Of a DNA stretch of 35,345 nt, positions 10,059 through 20,380 are shown piece by piece. Source of the stretch: Spirogloea muscicola (lineage: Eukaryota); contig WELB01000022.1 in the NCBI GenBank assembly GCA_009602725.1, forward strand, positions 1,028,848-1,064,192. Reading direction: 5' to 3'. Below the pieces are notes generated by a model. That model saw only the letters and a list, made by a program, of their open reading frames with translations, made no database searches and was not told the origin of the DNA. Numbering within the stretch: the stretch's first letter is position 1; each line of letters begins with the position of its first letter. The position numbers and the translations under genes were made by a program.

Positions 10059-12612
10059 CCCCCCCCAAATGTGAGTCCTGACCAGGTCGAAGAGTTGGTT
10101 CAGCATCCACACAAGCATTGCAGAACCAATGTTCAGAGGGTTGCTTGTGAGTGGTGGCGTCAAACAGGGCATATGCCCACCCCTTGTTGCAAGCAGAACA
10201 CAACAGCATCGGGGCTGATTGGTCACCCTGATGGCAGACTTCGCATGGGAGGTGAGCAGAGACCCCCCACTGTCTGGTAGGATCCATTGTGGGGGTCAAT
10301 GTGTAACAGTATTTACATAGGCTGGAATGTCAATGCAGCAGTGATGCATTGAGAGACGCCTGGAGACTAGACACCTCATCCGGCTGACAATAGATTGACT
10401 GTCAGTGCCGCAGGAAAGGCTTGTAAGATGCCTAGAGACGGACATTATACCAGGCTGACGACTGGGAAGCGTGGATTCAACCTTGAGCTGAGAGCGGCGC
10501 AACCCGGAGTCCTGACGCGCGATACATCATGGTGCTGGCACTGGAACAGCGACGGGAGGCGGCAGCGCTGTAGACTACCTTGACAGCGGCATTAGCGTTT
10601 GGTAGTTGTTGACGTGAATGATAGCCCGAGGATTGTAGACCGTCAGTTGCTGTTGACGGGGCATTGACGGGGGACCGTCCGATGGTGGTCGTGGCCAATG
10701 GATCGGTAGATTGTCGGTGGTAGCCCGTTGATAGCTGTCGACAGGTCGTGGACGGGTCGTCAAAGAGGGACTGGGTGCCAATTATCCCACCTGGGCCCGT
10801 ATGGCCGGGCTCGCAGTCCGTCGGGCATATATAGTGGGAACCCGAGACGGAGAGGGGGCTGAGTTCCTCACCCATCCCTCGGACCCCAGGACCCTTGCCT
10901 CTGCAGTAACCGTTGCTAATGTTTCACCGTTGCAGGCCCATTCCAATGCCTTCCCCGCTTTTCCTCGCTCCGCCGGCAGCCCGGGCTTGGCGATCCACAG
11001 CATTCCTTAAACATTGTGTGGGAGTTGACAGGGTGTGACATTCTGAACGTGATCAGAAATTTCCATGACACGTGAGCCTTGGAGGCGGACATCACCTGAA
11101 GATATTTTGCCAACAACTTTGTATTTAAAAGGACCTGTATTGGCATCTAGTGCATTTTGAGGTTCCACTTTCTGGTATACATAGTCGTGTTCCACTTTCT
11201 GGTATACATAGTCGTTGACAACAATCGCCAGACGTTTGGGTTGATATTCGCCACTATAGATTGTAGCATAACGTCGCGTGTCGCGATGTTGAGCGATCCG
11301 CAAACTTTCAAAAGCAATGGCCATATGCCATTTTAACACGTGGCCCCTCTCATTACAAACTTTGAGCCACATACTTAAATTTCCAAGATCAATCACCTCT
11401 ACTATGACAGCACCGAGACTTACAGGAATGACTGGATGACGTCCATGAAGAAGCAATCTGGACTACAAGCTGACATAGAAATTTGTTTGGACATCCGATA
11501 CCCCATGAAAAGCTATGACAAAATGTCCCACCTTTCAAGGCCTTTTCGGAGAGTGTAGTTGATGAGGCCTCGCTTGATGGTTTGGACCATGCGTTCTGCT
11601 AACCCATCAGCTTGTGAAAGGTCGCTTGATGTAAGCCGATCATCAGTAAGGGTTTGGTCTAGCAGACGCTGGAATTCACATTGGATGTCAGTTTCTTGGT
11701 CAGTGAGTACTTCGGCACAAGCTCAGCATCAAGACAACACCTGTTCTAAGAAAGCCTCTCTGACATATGTGCTGGACTTGCCAGGGGTGATGACCACTTC
11801 AACCCAAACACAGAAGTGCTCTATCACTATGAGTACGTGAGGTCGTTGATCACCTCTACAGAGGGGACCAGCCAAGTCCAAAATCCACCGATGGAACATG
11901 CCTTGGATAGGCAAGGGATGGGGCATTGAATCACACTGAGGTGATTTAGTTAAAAAGTACTTCAAATCGATCACACTCTTCGCAAGTAGACAGAAAATGT
12001 ATCACCAGCTTTGTAATGCCAGACCACCAGTACTGAGTGGCCAACAGACTGATAGTGCGCTTAACGCCAAAATGCCCTGAGGAGGCATGAACACTTTGCA
12101 CTTTTCGTATTTATACTGCAGGAGGTGGAACTATCTGATTGCCGTATTCAGCATCACATTTGATAAGTCGTGTATCAGTCAGACAGAACAACGTGCTCGC
12201 TTCTTGATTCGATCCTTTTGCATGGTGGTGGAGTCAGCAGGTTATATGCCAGTCCGTAGGTACTGTAAAATTGGTGCATCCAACCAGACATCTTTGGAAA
12301 GAAGGCATCATCCGGTACTTCAAGAGCGTGTATTGAAAAGTCATAAAGTGTGGATGGAATTAGAGCATGAGCTAGTCGACAGGAAAACATATGCCAAATG
12401 GTCATGTGAGCAAGTGATTGGAAACAGCACCAGCGACTGAGAGCATCGGCGGCCAGTTTTTGTGTACCGGGACGATGATAAATAATTCTGACATCATACT
12501 CTTGTAGTTGAAGAGCCCAGCGTCGTAGCTTTCCTGTGAGATTTTGAGTGGTCAGCAACCATTGCAATGACTGACGATTAGTGATCGATCGGAAGGAGCG
12601 ACCATACAGGTA
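10059..12612 (-). mobile_element. Ty3/gypsy LTR retrotransposon remnant: RNase H, integrase, PHD finger, PPT
   Basis: RNase H YLYGRSF..LTGKLRRWALQLQEYD..ADALSR; HHCC region GHFGVKRT..YWWSG; integrase core RWILDLAGP..VIEHF, LTDQ and GLAERMVQTIK; C-terminal PHD CEVC...LLCSAC...WFCNAC. A G8 PPT (10059-10066) is followed by TGTAA, the 3' LTR start at 10058. A 27-bp in-frame duplication lies at 11162-11215. Confidence 0.88.
10304..11013. mobile_element. About 710-bp insertion (probable solo LTR) splitting the gypsy pol
   Basis: Interrupts CQLPH|IDPTMDP. The minus-strand flanks are cacaa/cacat (near-TSD); it starts TGTTT on minus and has a TATA-like TATATA near 10828. Confidence 0.55.
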
Positions 12613-12791
12613 TGTCTGCGGCAGCGACAACGACAGCAGCGATGGCGGCAGCGGCGGCGGCGGCAAATCTGCCTAAAGGAAGAGACTGTACCGAGTCGAA
12701 CTGCTGGGTCCCAGCCCTCCCGTCGCTTATCCTTGGGTGGAAGAATGCATTTGCTTTGTTGGAGCAGGCTCTTTGGGGGCCCCCTTTGGTC

Positions 12792-13040
12792 CCCGCGCGC
12801 TGCACCAGCGTGCAGGCAGAGCCCTCGCTGCTGCCTCTGGCTCTGGCCAGGGGACCCGCTTCCAGGAACCCAGTCTCTCAGACCTGAGGCTGCTTAGCCG
12901 GGGTTACCGAGTGCTTCGTAGCTGCTTCGTTTCTATTCTGTGCTTGTTGTTCTTCGTACTTCCCCTGGCCCCTTCTCCTTTGTTCTTTTTTTTGGGCAGG
13001 CTTTTCCAGCCCCTATCCTCAATTGGCGAGCCCTTCCTCC
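12792..13040 (+). mobile_element. RLE non-LTR retrotransposon 3' fragment, family E
   Basis: Encodes RALHQRAGRALAAASGSGQGTRFQEPSLSDLRLLSRGY plus the tail hairpin; very similar to 19283-19535 (-). Confidence 0.8.
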
Positions 13041-13149
13041 ACTTGGTCCCCCCTCGAGGACGATGGCGGTGATGGAGAAAAATGTGAGAAGCTTGGCAAG
13101 ACTCTCCTCTATTGCCACACCTGGCGCTCCTGACTGGGTCACCTCGAAC

Positions 13150-13730
13150 ACATAATGCGTTGCCCCACTAGACCTGAAGTGGCTGGCATTCACAACCTCC
13201 TTTGTGATGCCCTGACGGGCTTGGTGCGTGACAAAGCTTACTGCGCAACAGTGGAGGTGAACAACAAACTGCCAGTTACTAGACGACGCCCTGCCCGGCG
13301 ACCCTACACATGGGCGTACAACATGGCGGAGGACCCCGTGCCATGGTTGATGTGGTTGCTGTGGAGGCTTACATAGGTCCAGCGTTGCAGTGGGTCGTGC
13401 AGACTACTTCGACTACCTCCTCTGCAATCATCCCCTACCAGCCGCAGTTGATATCTTCGGTTGCACAAGTCCTCGTATCTATACTCAGATCACTGCTAGT
13501 TTGGAACATGTACAACATGAAGATGTGCTTCTGGCTGAGATGGCTTGCCGGCAGCCTTTTCGTACTTGATGTTGTCGTCTGTCAGCCTGTTGGCAGCGAG
13601 CACAGGCTCATGCTTAGCACCCTGGTGTTGACCGGGCTGTGATTATCAGCAGAAGGGCTTGCTATTTGTCGTCCAGTATTCGGGCGTTAACCTCTACGTG
13701 CTGACCCGTGGTTCAAAGCGGGTCCGCTTA
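13150..13730 (+). mobile_element. RLE non-LTR retrotransposon fragment, family C-like (degenerate)
   Basis: Encodes HIMRC..HNLLCDAL..., GVQHGGGPRAMVDVVAVEAYIGP, and ends with VLTRG near 13700; homologous to 4110-4720. Confidence 0.7.
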
Positions 13731-13904
13731 GCAGGTGATGTACATCTGTGAAAGGGCTTGCCATTGTACTCGGCCACTCAGGCTCTTCGTCACTCACCAC
13801 AAGCTTTGCCTCCCCTGCTTCGTTGACCAATCCTTTTGCGCCATCCTTTGTTATATTCTCCTTTGTTAGTTCCTCGCGTTCTATCTGCTGTCCGTGTCCT
13901 CTGG

Positions 13905-14225
13905 ACCTTGTTGTTCTTATATGGGCTGGCCTTCGCAGTCCTTGGCCCCTTCGGAAGAGATCTTCTTCTTCCTCAACTGGGCTGGCCTTCCACAGCGACA
14001 GCCCCCTTTCGTAGGAGTTTCTTCCCTCCTTTTGGGCTGCATCGTTTCTGTGTTCTGCAGTGTTTTGTAGTTTCTCCGGCTCCTCTTTCTTTGGCTTTGG
14101 ACATTGTGCATTCTTTGTTGGGCTTGCTTTGCCAGCCCCTCTTCTCTATGGGCGCGCATTTTTCTTTTTTTTGGGCTGGCCTTTCACAGCCATCGCCCCC
14201 TTCTGAAAGAGGTTCTTCTCTTTCT
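13905..14225 (+). repeat. Head-to-tail stack of four retrotransposon 3' tails
   Basis: GGGCTGGC-type hairpins at about 13923, 13979, 14120 and 14173; 14037-14160 matches the family A 3' UTR. Confidence 0.7.
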
Positions 14226-14639
14226 TATCTCCGCTTCCACGCCCCTCCAGCAGCGCTTCTTTCAACCACCCGCGGTGCCTGCAGGCAGACGCTGACCCAG
14301 AGCGTCGTGCCTTCAGTCCCATTTGCAGTACTTGCGCAGTCAGCGTGTCAAGATACTACTTGCTGCTGGCATTGTCTGCATATGGAATAACAAATGCAGC
14401 ACGGCATACGACAGGCTCGTACCATGAAAGCCCAGCGGGACACTGCTCTCAGCTGACTCTCTTTCATCGGACGTCGAAGGGCCTGTAGACTATGATAAGC
14501 TTCCTCCTCGGAGATAGTGCCTAAAGCAGGTACAGGCAAGGACAGCACACGAAGAGAATGCTTGAAGGTGATGTTTCGACGGAAAACAACCTTTCGTTAC
14601 ATGTAAGCACTTGCTTCATGCTGACGGCTAGTTCTCCTG

Positions 14640-14808
14640 CTGGCACAGGCCACCATATGTATCTGCCATCTAGTTTTCAGGAATCGATTAGCGACCCTTA
14701 TGTATTGACCCGTGGTTATTGAGCGGGTCAATCTGCCATAGGTTATGTACGTGATGTGCTTGCCTCTTCTACTTGGCAATTTGGCCTTGGTTTGTTTCAA
14801 ATACAAGT
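14640..14808 (+). mobile_element. RLE element 3' end, family C
   Basis: TTGACCCGTGGTTATTGA (LTRGY*) followed by the family C UTR. Confidence 0.7.
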
Positions 14809-16277
14809 AAATTTCCACATGTTGATCAATGCCGTACTGATGGGTGCGGACAGCAACTACGTCATCTCGTTTCCGACCTGTGTCGAAGCTAATGAGACGC
14901 ACAGAGGACGAGTATGCAGCGCTGGGGCAGTCATAAGGGCCTTAAGCGCTTATAAGGTTAGATCCTCTTGCCCTTCAACGCCAAGCAACTGCTTCTTGAT
15001 GGACTTCAAGAGAGTCTTGCGTTGAAGCTAAAGTTTCAAATGATCCGGTGCATAGCGTACCTAGCCATGCTCACCAAGGACATCAGTAGTATTTTCCACC
15101 ATTGTGGGTGCTTAACTCTCGTGTTGACGCCTATATGCAGTAGCTGTAGTGCGGGCCGGGCCTCTGACGCCACCATGTCAGGGCACCCTCACAGCTGGAA
15201 TCCCTTCACCTGTATCAGATGGTCTCCCAGATGCTGCAGCACATATTTAGTTCTCCAGACCCCGGCTGCCTCATCCCCAAACCAGTGTTCGACTACTCTA
15301 ATTGATACTAGTGGTCCCAATGGGGCCTGTTGTGCTTCCAGGTGTAACCCCTGCGGGTGGTCTTCTGTGGCCCGTCAGGTGTACCACGTCATCATACCCT
15401 CGTGAGGCCCCTCCCTTATGGTACTGGGCCTTCGGCGACCTTCACACACCCTGGAGCAACGTTGGCTCGGAGTAGCACTGCAATTTTTGGGCCGAGACGC
15501 GCTGCAGGAGGTCGATCAAGTGAGGCCTATGCAGCTTGCTGCTGCAGCCCGTCGCTGTGGCTCACTGCCCACTTTCCATGGCAGTCTATAGCAGTTGTGG
15601 CTGCTTCCCAGCGGGTGGGAACAACTGCTAGGTTGCACCTGAGAGACAGATTGTGCCGCCTGTCGGCGGGGCCTTGAAGCAAGATATTCTGCTGCGGAAG
15701 TGAACGTGCTGCTGCTGCTACGTAAAAGGTTCGCTTGTACATGCTCCTGGACCTAAGCCAAACCAGGACGTATTGACCCCTTATCGTTTGTGCCGGGGTA
15801 GGCTCGTTACAACATCAAGACTGACAGTCATTCGTGCAGGCACGTAACAATCCGTGGTACGATGCTTGCAGATGGTCAGTTGTCCGACAGATGGTGATCT
15901 GACTGTGAAGGAGTTTAACAGATTTGCGAATGCTTGGGCAATTGAAGATATCCGTCCGCTTGCAAGGCAGCATGATCAGCACTTGCACTTAAGAGCACTG
16001 CTGAGAATATTGCTCAAGTACTTGGAGGCTATCTCTACGACTTAGGACAGAGCACTTTATTAGAGCAAGTCCCATACGCACGGAATGGGAATGGAGGGGA
16101 GCCTTTCGGACAGCCGTCCACGCCTCCGCGGCCTTGCTCAACCCTTCCTCCTCGGCGTGACACAGGGCCAGTATAGAAAGCGCAGGCTCGGGCGGAGGTA
16201 GCGGCACATGTACTCTGGTATCCGCATGAAGGGGAGCGGGCGGCAACCCATGAACTCCTGCATTTCAACAAGCGAGT

Positions 16278-16358
16278 TGCTCATTGTCGGACTTGAACCG
16301 ATAACCAACAGGAAGAGAATTTAAGTCTGTCCTATTAATCAATTCTCACCAAGCAAGC
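16278..16358 (-). pseudogene. trnL: Degenerate organellar (probably mitochondrial) tRNA-Leu(UAA), NUMT
   Basis: Acceptor stem GCTTGCT/AATGAGC plus discriminator A; anticodon arm ACAGA-CTTAAAT-TCTCT; long variable arm; T arm ATCGG-TTCAAGT-CCGAC. Several stem mismatches and a damaged D loop. Confidence 0.7.
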
Positions 16359-17619
16359 CAACGCGATACGGCGATCGCACGATCAGGCGATGCGATAACA
16401 GGAACAAAAAGATGTTTTTCGAAACGTGTCTCTCTAATTGTTGCTTTGCCTCTTTTGGGCAGTTTGCAGGTGTCGTCGGTCGTTTACTTGGTTACCCAAC
16501 ATGCAATGATCAGCATCATTCTGTAGGCCAAAACCAGATTGTGATGATACGTGAGTTCAGTATGCCCAGTCAGATCTGGATCGACGGCTCCTACAAGGCG
16601 CGTTGAAGTGGTGACCAATACACCCGGCAGCGGCCCCGCATGTCAACAACAGTGATCACCACACTGACGCTTTCGACCACATAATATCTGGTCCCTTCAG
16701 CCTTGAAAGTAGGGCACGCGACACCAACATAAGAATTTGAAAGTACGTTGACCATCCTGCTGGAGATTGAATCTGTCGACGTGGCGTTGACATGGCGTTG
16801 GCTTGACATTCTGCACCGGCTGGCCTTACACAGCCATCGACCCTTTTGAACAGCTTCTCTCCGGATGAGCTCCGTCCGGTGGTGCTGCTCACCCGACTGT
16901 GTGCACTTGCCTGGGTTGGCCTCTCTCAGTCGCCTCCGTACCCTTCGCATGCGCCTCTCTGCCGCAGTCACAGGAAGTTGCCTTGCATCTGCATGCTGAG
17001 CGAAGCGTTGCTTGGAGCCGGTGGTCAGGCAATGTGTGGCGGTCGTGCGGCGCTCAAGCCTGCCACAAAACATCGTTGCACATGAGTCTGAGCATTTCTA
17101 ATCTATCTGGAGGTGCTGAGCAAGTGTTGCTTCAGCATGAGTTTCGCAGCATGTGGATGGCGCTTCGAAAGCATGATATGATTGACGTAGAGACCACCTG
17201 AGATACTTTCTGAAACTATACACTGTAGATTTCATGCCTTTTGGAGACAATCCAAATATGGCAGTCCGCGCATCATAGAAAGGCCGCTATGAGTATGAGT
17301 TGGAAGGAGGCCAAGCCGAGCCAGAACATTGCTTATGCAAAATGCAAAGGGCAAAGGGCATGCAAATGGTGCTGTTTAGTGTGACAAAAACCGTCATGCC
17401 ACAACAGCGACAGCGGCGGCGGCAATGGCGGCTGCAGCTGCGGTGACTAAGCCGGCGGCAATTGGGGAGAAACCGGACTAGGCAGCTCGGAGGTGTTGAG
17501 GAGTGCAAGAGCTGCCTCCCTCCCAGTGTCTCATGACCTCGGACCAGAGCGCGTGTACACAGCATGGATGCGCGTGGACACAGCGCGGGGGGGCCGTGCT
17601 GGGTCGAGCAGGTCGGCAG

Positions 17620-17705
17620 CTGCTATACCCCGCCTCCAGGGAAATGCCAAATATGGCATCGGTGAGTAGATCGTGCGCTGCTGTTCGATTATCCTCGTCC
17701 TTTTG
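17620..17705 (-). mobile_element. Small internal fragment of an RLE element
   Basis: Encodes RTAAHDLLTDAIFGISLEAGY; homologous to 25500-25565. Confidence 0.6.
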
Positions 17706-17989
17706 AAGCTCTCCTCCCTTCCTTCAGTCTGCTGGAAAGAGTAAGTCAAGAGACCCTTGTCTGCTAGCTTCATGTGGTCTAGGTCTAGTTGCTCTGCGTG
17801 TAGCTGCGCTGTGGCGCTTCGTGAAGCCCATCACACAGAGGCTCAGACGAGTTATGGGGATCAGAAGCCACGAAGTCGGTGGTGCCGGCGTGGATGGATG
17901 CCATGGGTTCTTCACGTTGGCTGCAAGGTCGCAGTCGCCACTGATTTATGTTCCTGATACCTGTTATTGCTGTGGCCATGAGCCAAAAA

Positions 17990-18609
17990 ACCAGCATATG
18001 GCAAGTCCCAGCTTAACACACTAGACTGCCATGAAGACCCTCTACAGGTACCTCAGGGGCACAGACTTCCATCTGGTCTACAAGGGAGACACTGAGCAGG
18101 CAAGTACTTTCAAAGGGTAAAGTGATGCTGACTGGGGAGGTGAGCCAATTATGAGGAGAAGTACCACAGAATATGTCTTCCTGCTTTAAGGTGGAGCCAT
18201 CTCATGGGGGTCGAAGCTCCAGAAGACTGTGGCTCCCTCTAGCACCGAGGCCGAGTACATGGCGCTCACTCAAGCCACCAAGGAGGCAGTGTGGCTGAGA
18301 AGGCTTCTCCAAGAGCTCAACTACCAGCAGAGGGAGGTGACAGAGATCTACTCTGATAACCTCAGTGCAATCTCTCTGTCCAAGTATGCTATCTTCCATG
18401 CTAATACCAAGCATGTGGATGTACATTATCACTTCGTGAGAGAGGCTGTAGAAAGTGGGCATGTACTGTTTCACTATATTTCCACTAGTGAGCAAGTGGC
18501 AGATATTCTCACCAAGGTGGTCACGGCAGGTTACACGAGAGATTTGTCCCTCTTCTTGGCCAGGCCAAATGTGGCTGACTGCCCTACCCCTATAGAGGAG
18601 GGAGGATGA
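17990..18609 (+). pseudogene. Ty1/copia RT C-terminus plus RNase H
   Basis: Encodes YRYLRGT, SDADWGG..RRSTTEYVF, GGAISWGSKLQKTVAPSSTEAEYMA, DNLSAI, HANTKHVDVHYHFVRE and QVADILTK, with in-frame stops upstream. Confidence 0.92.
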
Positions 18610-18677
18610 CAATGCTGCTAGCCTTAGCCTAGGCTGGTCTGAGGTAGTGTTCTCAGTCAGTCAAGTCTTAGGTGGAG

Positions 18678-19131
18678 TGTTGTCCTTAAGCGAGAAATCG
18701 TTAAGGGGAAGCCTTGGCTGACTGGAGGTTAGCTAGAAGGCGGCAGAAGCTGCGAGTAGTTTCCCGTCCCCTCCCTTCCAGAATAAATTAGGGACGATAA
18801 GTGCTTTTGCGAAGGCGGAGCACCACCTGCGTCACCTACTTGGTGGACGGCGGCTAAACCGCGTTCACCCCACAAGCAACTCTGTCAGACACTTGGGGCG
18901 TCGCCCTCCCGGGCTCTCGACATCTATATAACCAGGGCACCAGCCCAGCCCCAAGTGCGGGGTCATTTTCAGCATACTGGCCCAAACCCTGCCTCTCTGC
19001 CCGCTCAACGCTCCATCACCCCTCACCTCTCAGTGGGTTCTGCCCAGCCGCTGGCACGCCGTTCAGCCTTCAACAATCTTCCGCTTTTAACGGTAGCCCG
19101 CCATGGCTGCTGTTAACCAATCTGTCCATCA
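18678..19131 (+). mobile_element. Copia LTR with upstream PPT and downstream PBS-like site and gag start
   Basis: PPT AGGTGGAG (18670-18677), then TGTTG; TATATAA near 18926. The LTR ends at CA 19131 (alternative end CAACA at 19075). TGCTATCAGAG (close to the iMet PBS TGGTATCAGAG) follows, then MAVERFKGTDFPLWKWRME from 19157. Confidence 0.7.
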
Positions 19132-19282
19132 TGCTATCAGAGGCGCCGGCGAAGCCATGGCCGTTGAGAGGTTCAAAGGAACCGACTTCCCTCTGTGGAA
19201 GTGGAGAATGGAGGTATAAGCTGTTCTCTGGGAGAGCCAATACTTCTCATAACAGGAAAGAAGCAGCGCTTACAGCCATCAG

Positions 19283-19800
19283 AGAAGGGCTCGCTCATTG
19301 AGGATAGGGGCTGGAAAAGCCAGCCCAGAAAAGAATGAACAAAGGACGAGAAGGGGCCAGGGGAAGTACGAAGAACAACAAGCACAGAAAAGAAACGAAG
19401 CAGCTACGAAGCACTCAGTAACCCCTGCTAAGCAGCCTCAGGTCAGAGAGACTGGGTTCCTGGAAGCGGGTCCCCTGGCCAGAGCCAGAGGCAGCAGCGA
19501 GGGCTCTGCCTGCACGCAGGTGCAGCGCGCGGGCCATAGACCTCTGCAGCGAGACGGCCAAGCGCATGCGGTACACCTGCGCTGGCGACCCTGCTGCATG
19601 GAAGTCCACCGGCTCCCCATGGAAGCGGCGGACAATGGCGTGGCGTGAGAGCTGCTTGAGCAGCTCGAGCCACCGAGCGCCCAGCGCCCCGTGCGTATCG
19701 ATGGCGAGCGGGAAGAAGTCGTCTTCCCGCGGGTGATCTGCGTATTTTAGCTCCTTGGCCCGAGCGGCGCAGGCTACCGCATACCCAGCCTTGGTGGCAC
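19283..19800 (-). mobile_element. RLE non-LTR retrotransposon 3' fragment, family E (open frame)
   Basis: Encodes AKELKYADHPREDDFFPLAIDTHGALGARWLELL...RLAVSLQRSMA...LLSRGY*, followed by the tail hairpin. Confidence 0.85.
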
Positions 19801-20380
19801 ACTGGGTTGGGTGTGAGCGGTCATATGGAGTCAGTGGTCCGTGTGGACCCTGCCGAGGATCGATGGCCTCCCGGGTCGACTGGAGGAGCTCTTCCTCTTA
19901 GTTTCTCGTTGTGCTTGTTTCTCAGTGCTTTCCCTGGCGCCTTCTCGTCCTTTGTTCATTCTTATTTGGGCTGGCTTTTTCCAGCCCCTATCCTCACTGG
20001 GCGGGCCCTTCTCCTTTTTCTCCCACTGGAAACGTCTTCTCTCTTTTCCTTCTACTCCTCCCTCGTGGTCTCCCCCACCCAGCCAGCTGCCCGCCGCGGC
20101 TGCGCTCTGGTCCTGCACGCTGCCCTCTACCTCTCTTGACTTCCAGCCACTTTCCTGTGACTTTGTGAAGGACTTCTCCCATCTTCTCCACACACCCCGA
20201 GCGCCACCGCCGCCGCCAAAGAGTGGCTCTCGCGGCCCGCCTGGGCACGCCGCCGCTGGAGCCTCTGCCTCGCTTCTTGCCGTTGTACTCGGCCACTCCG
20301 CCCCTCCATAATCTCTTTATACACATTCCTTCTTTCGCCTGTGACCAGCACGGCCCGCCCAGCCCCCCGCCCTGTCACGC

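Noticed and set aside
14900..17400. Multiple short ORFs
   Set aside because: I could recognise no motif apart from the tRNA remnant; probably old repeat debris.
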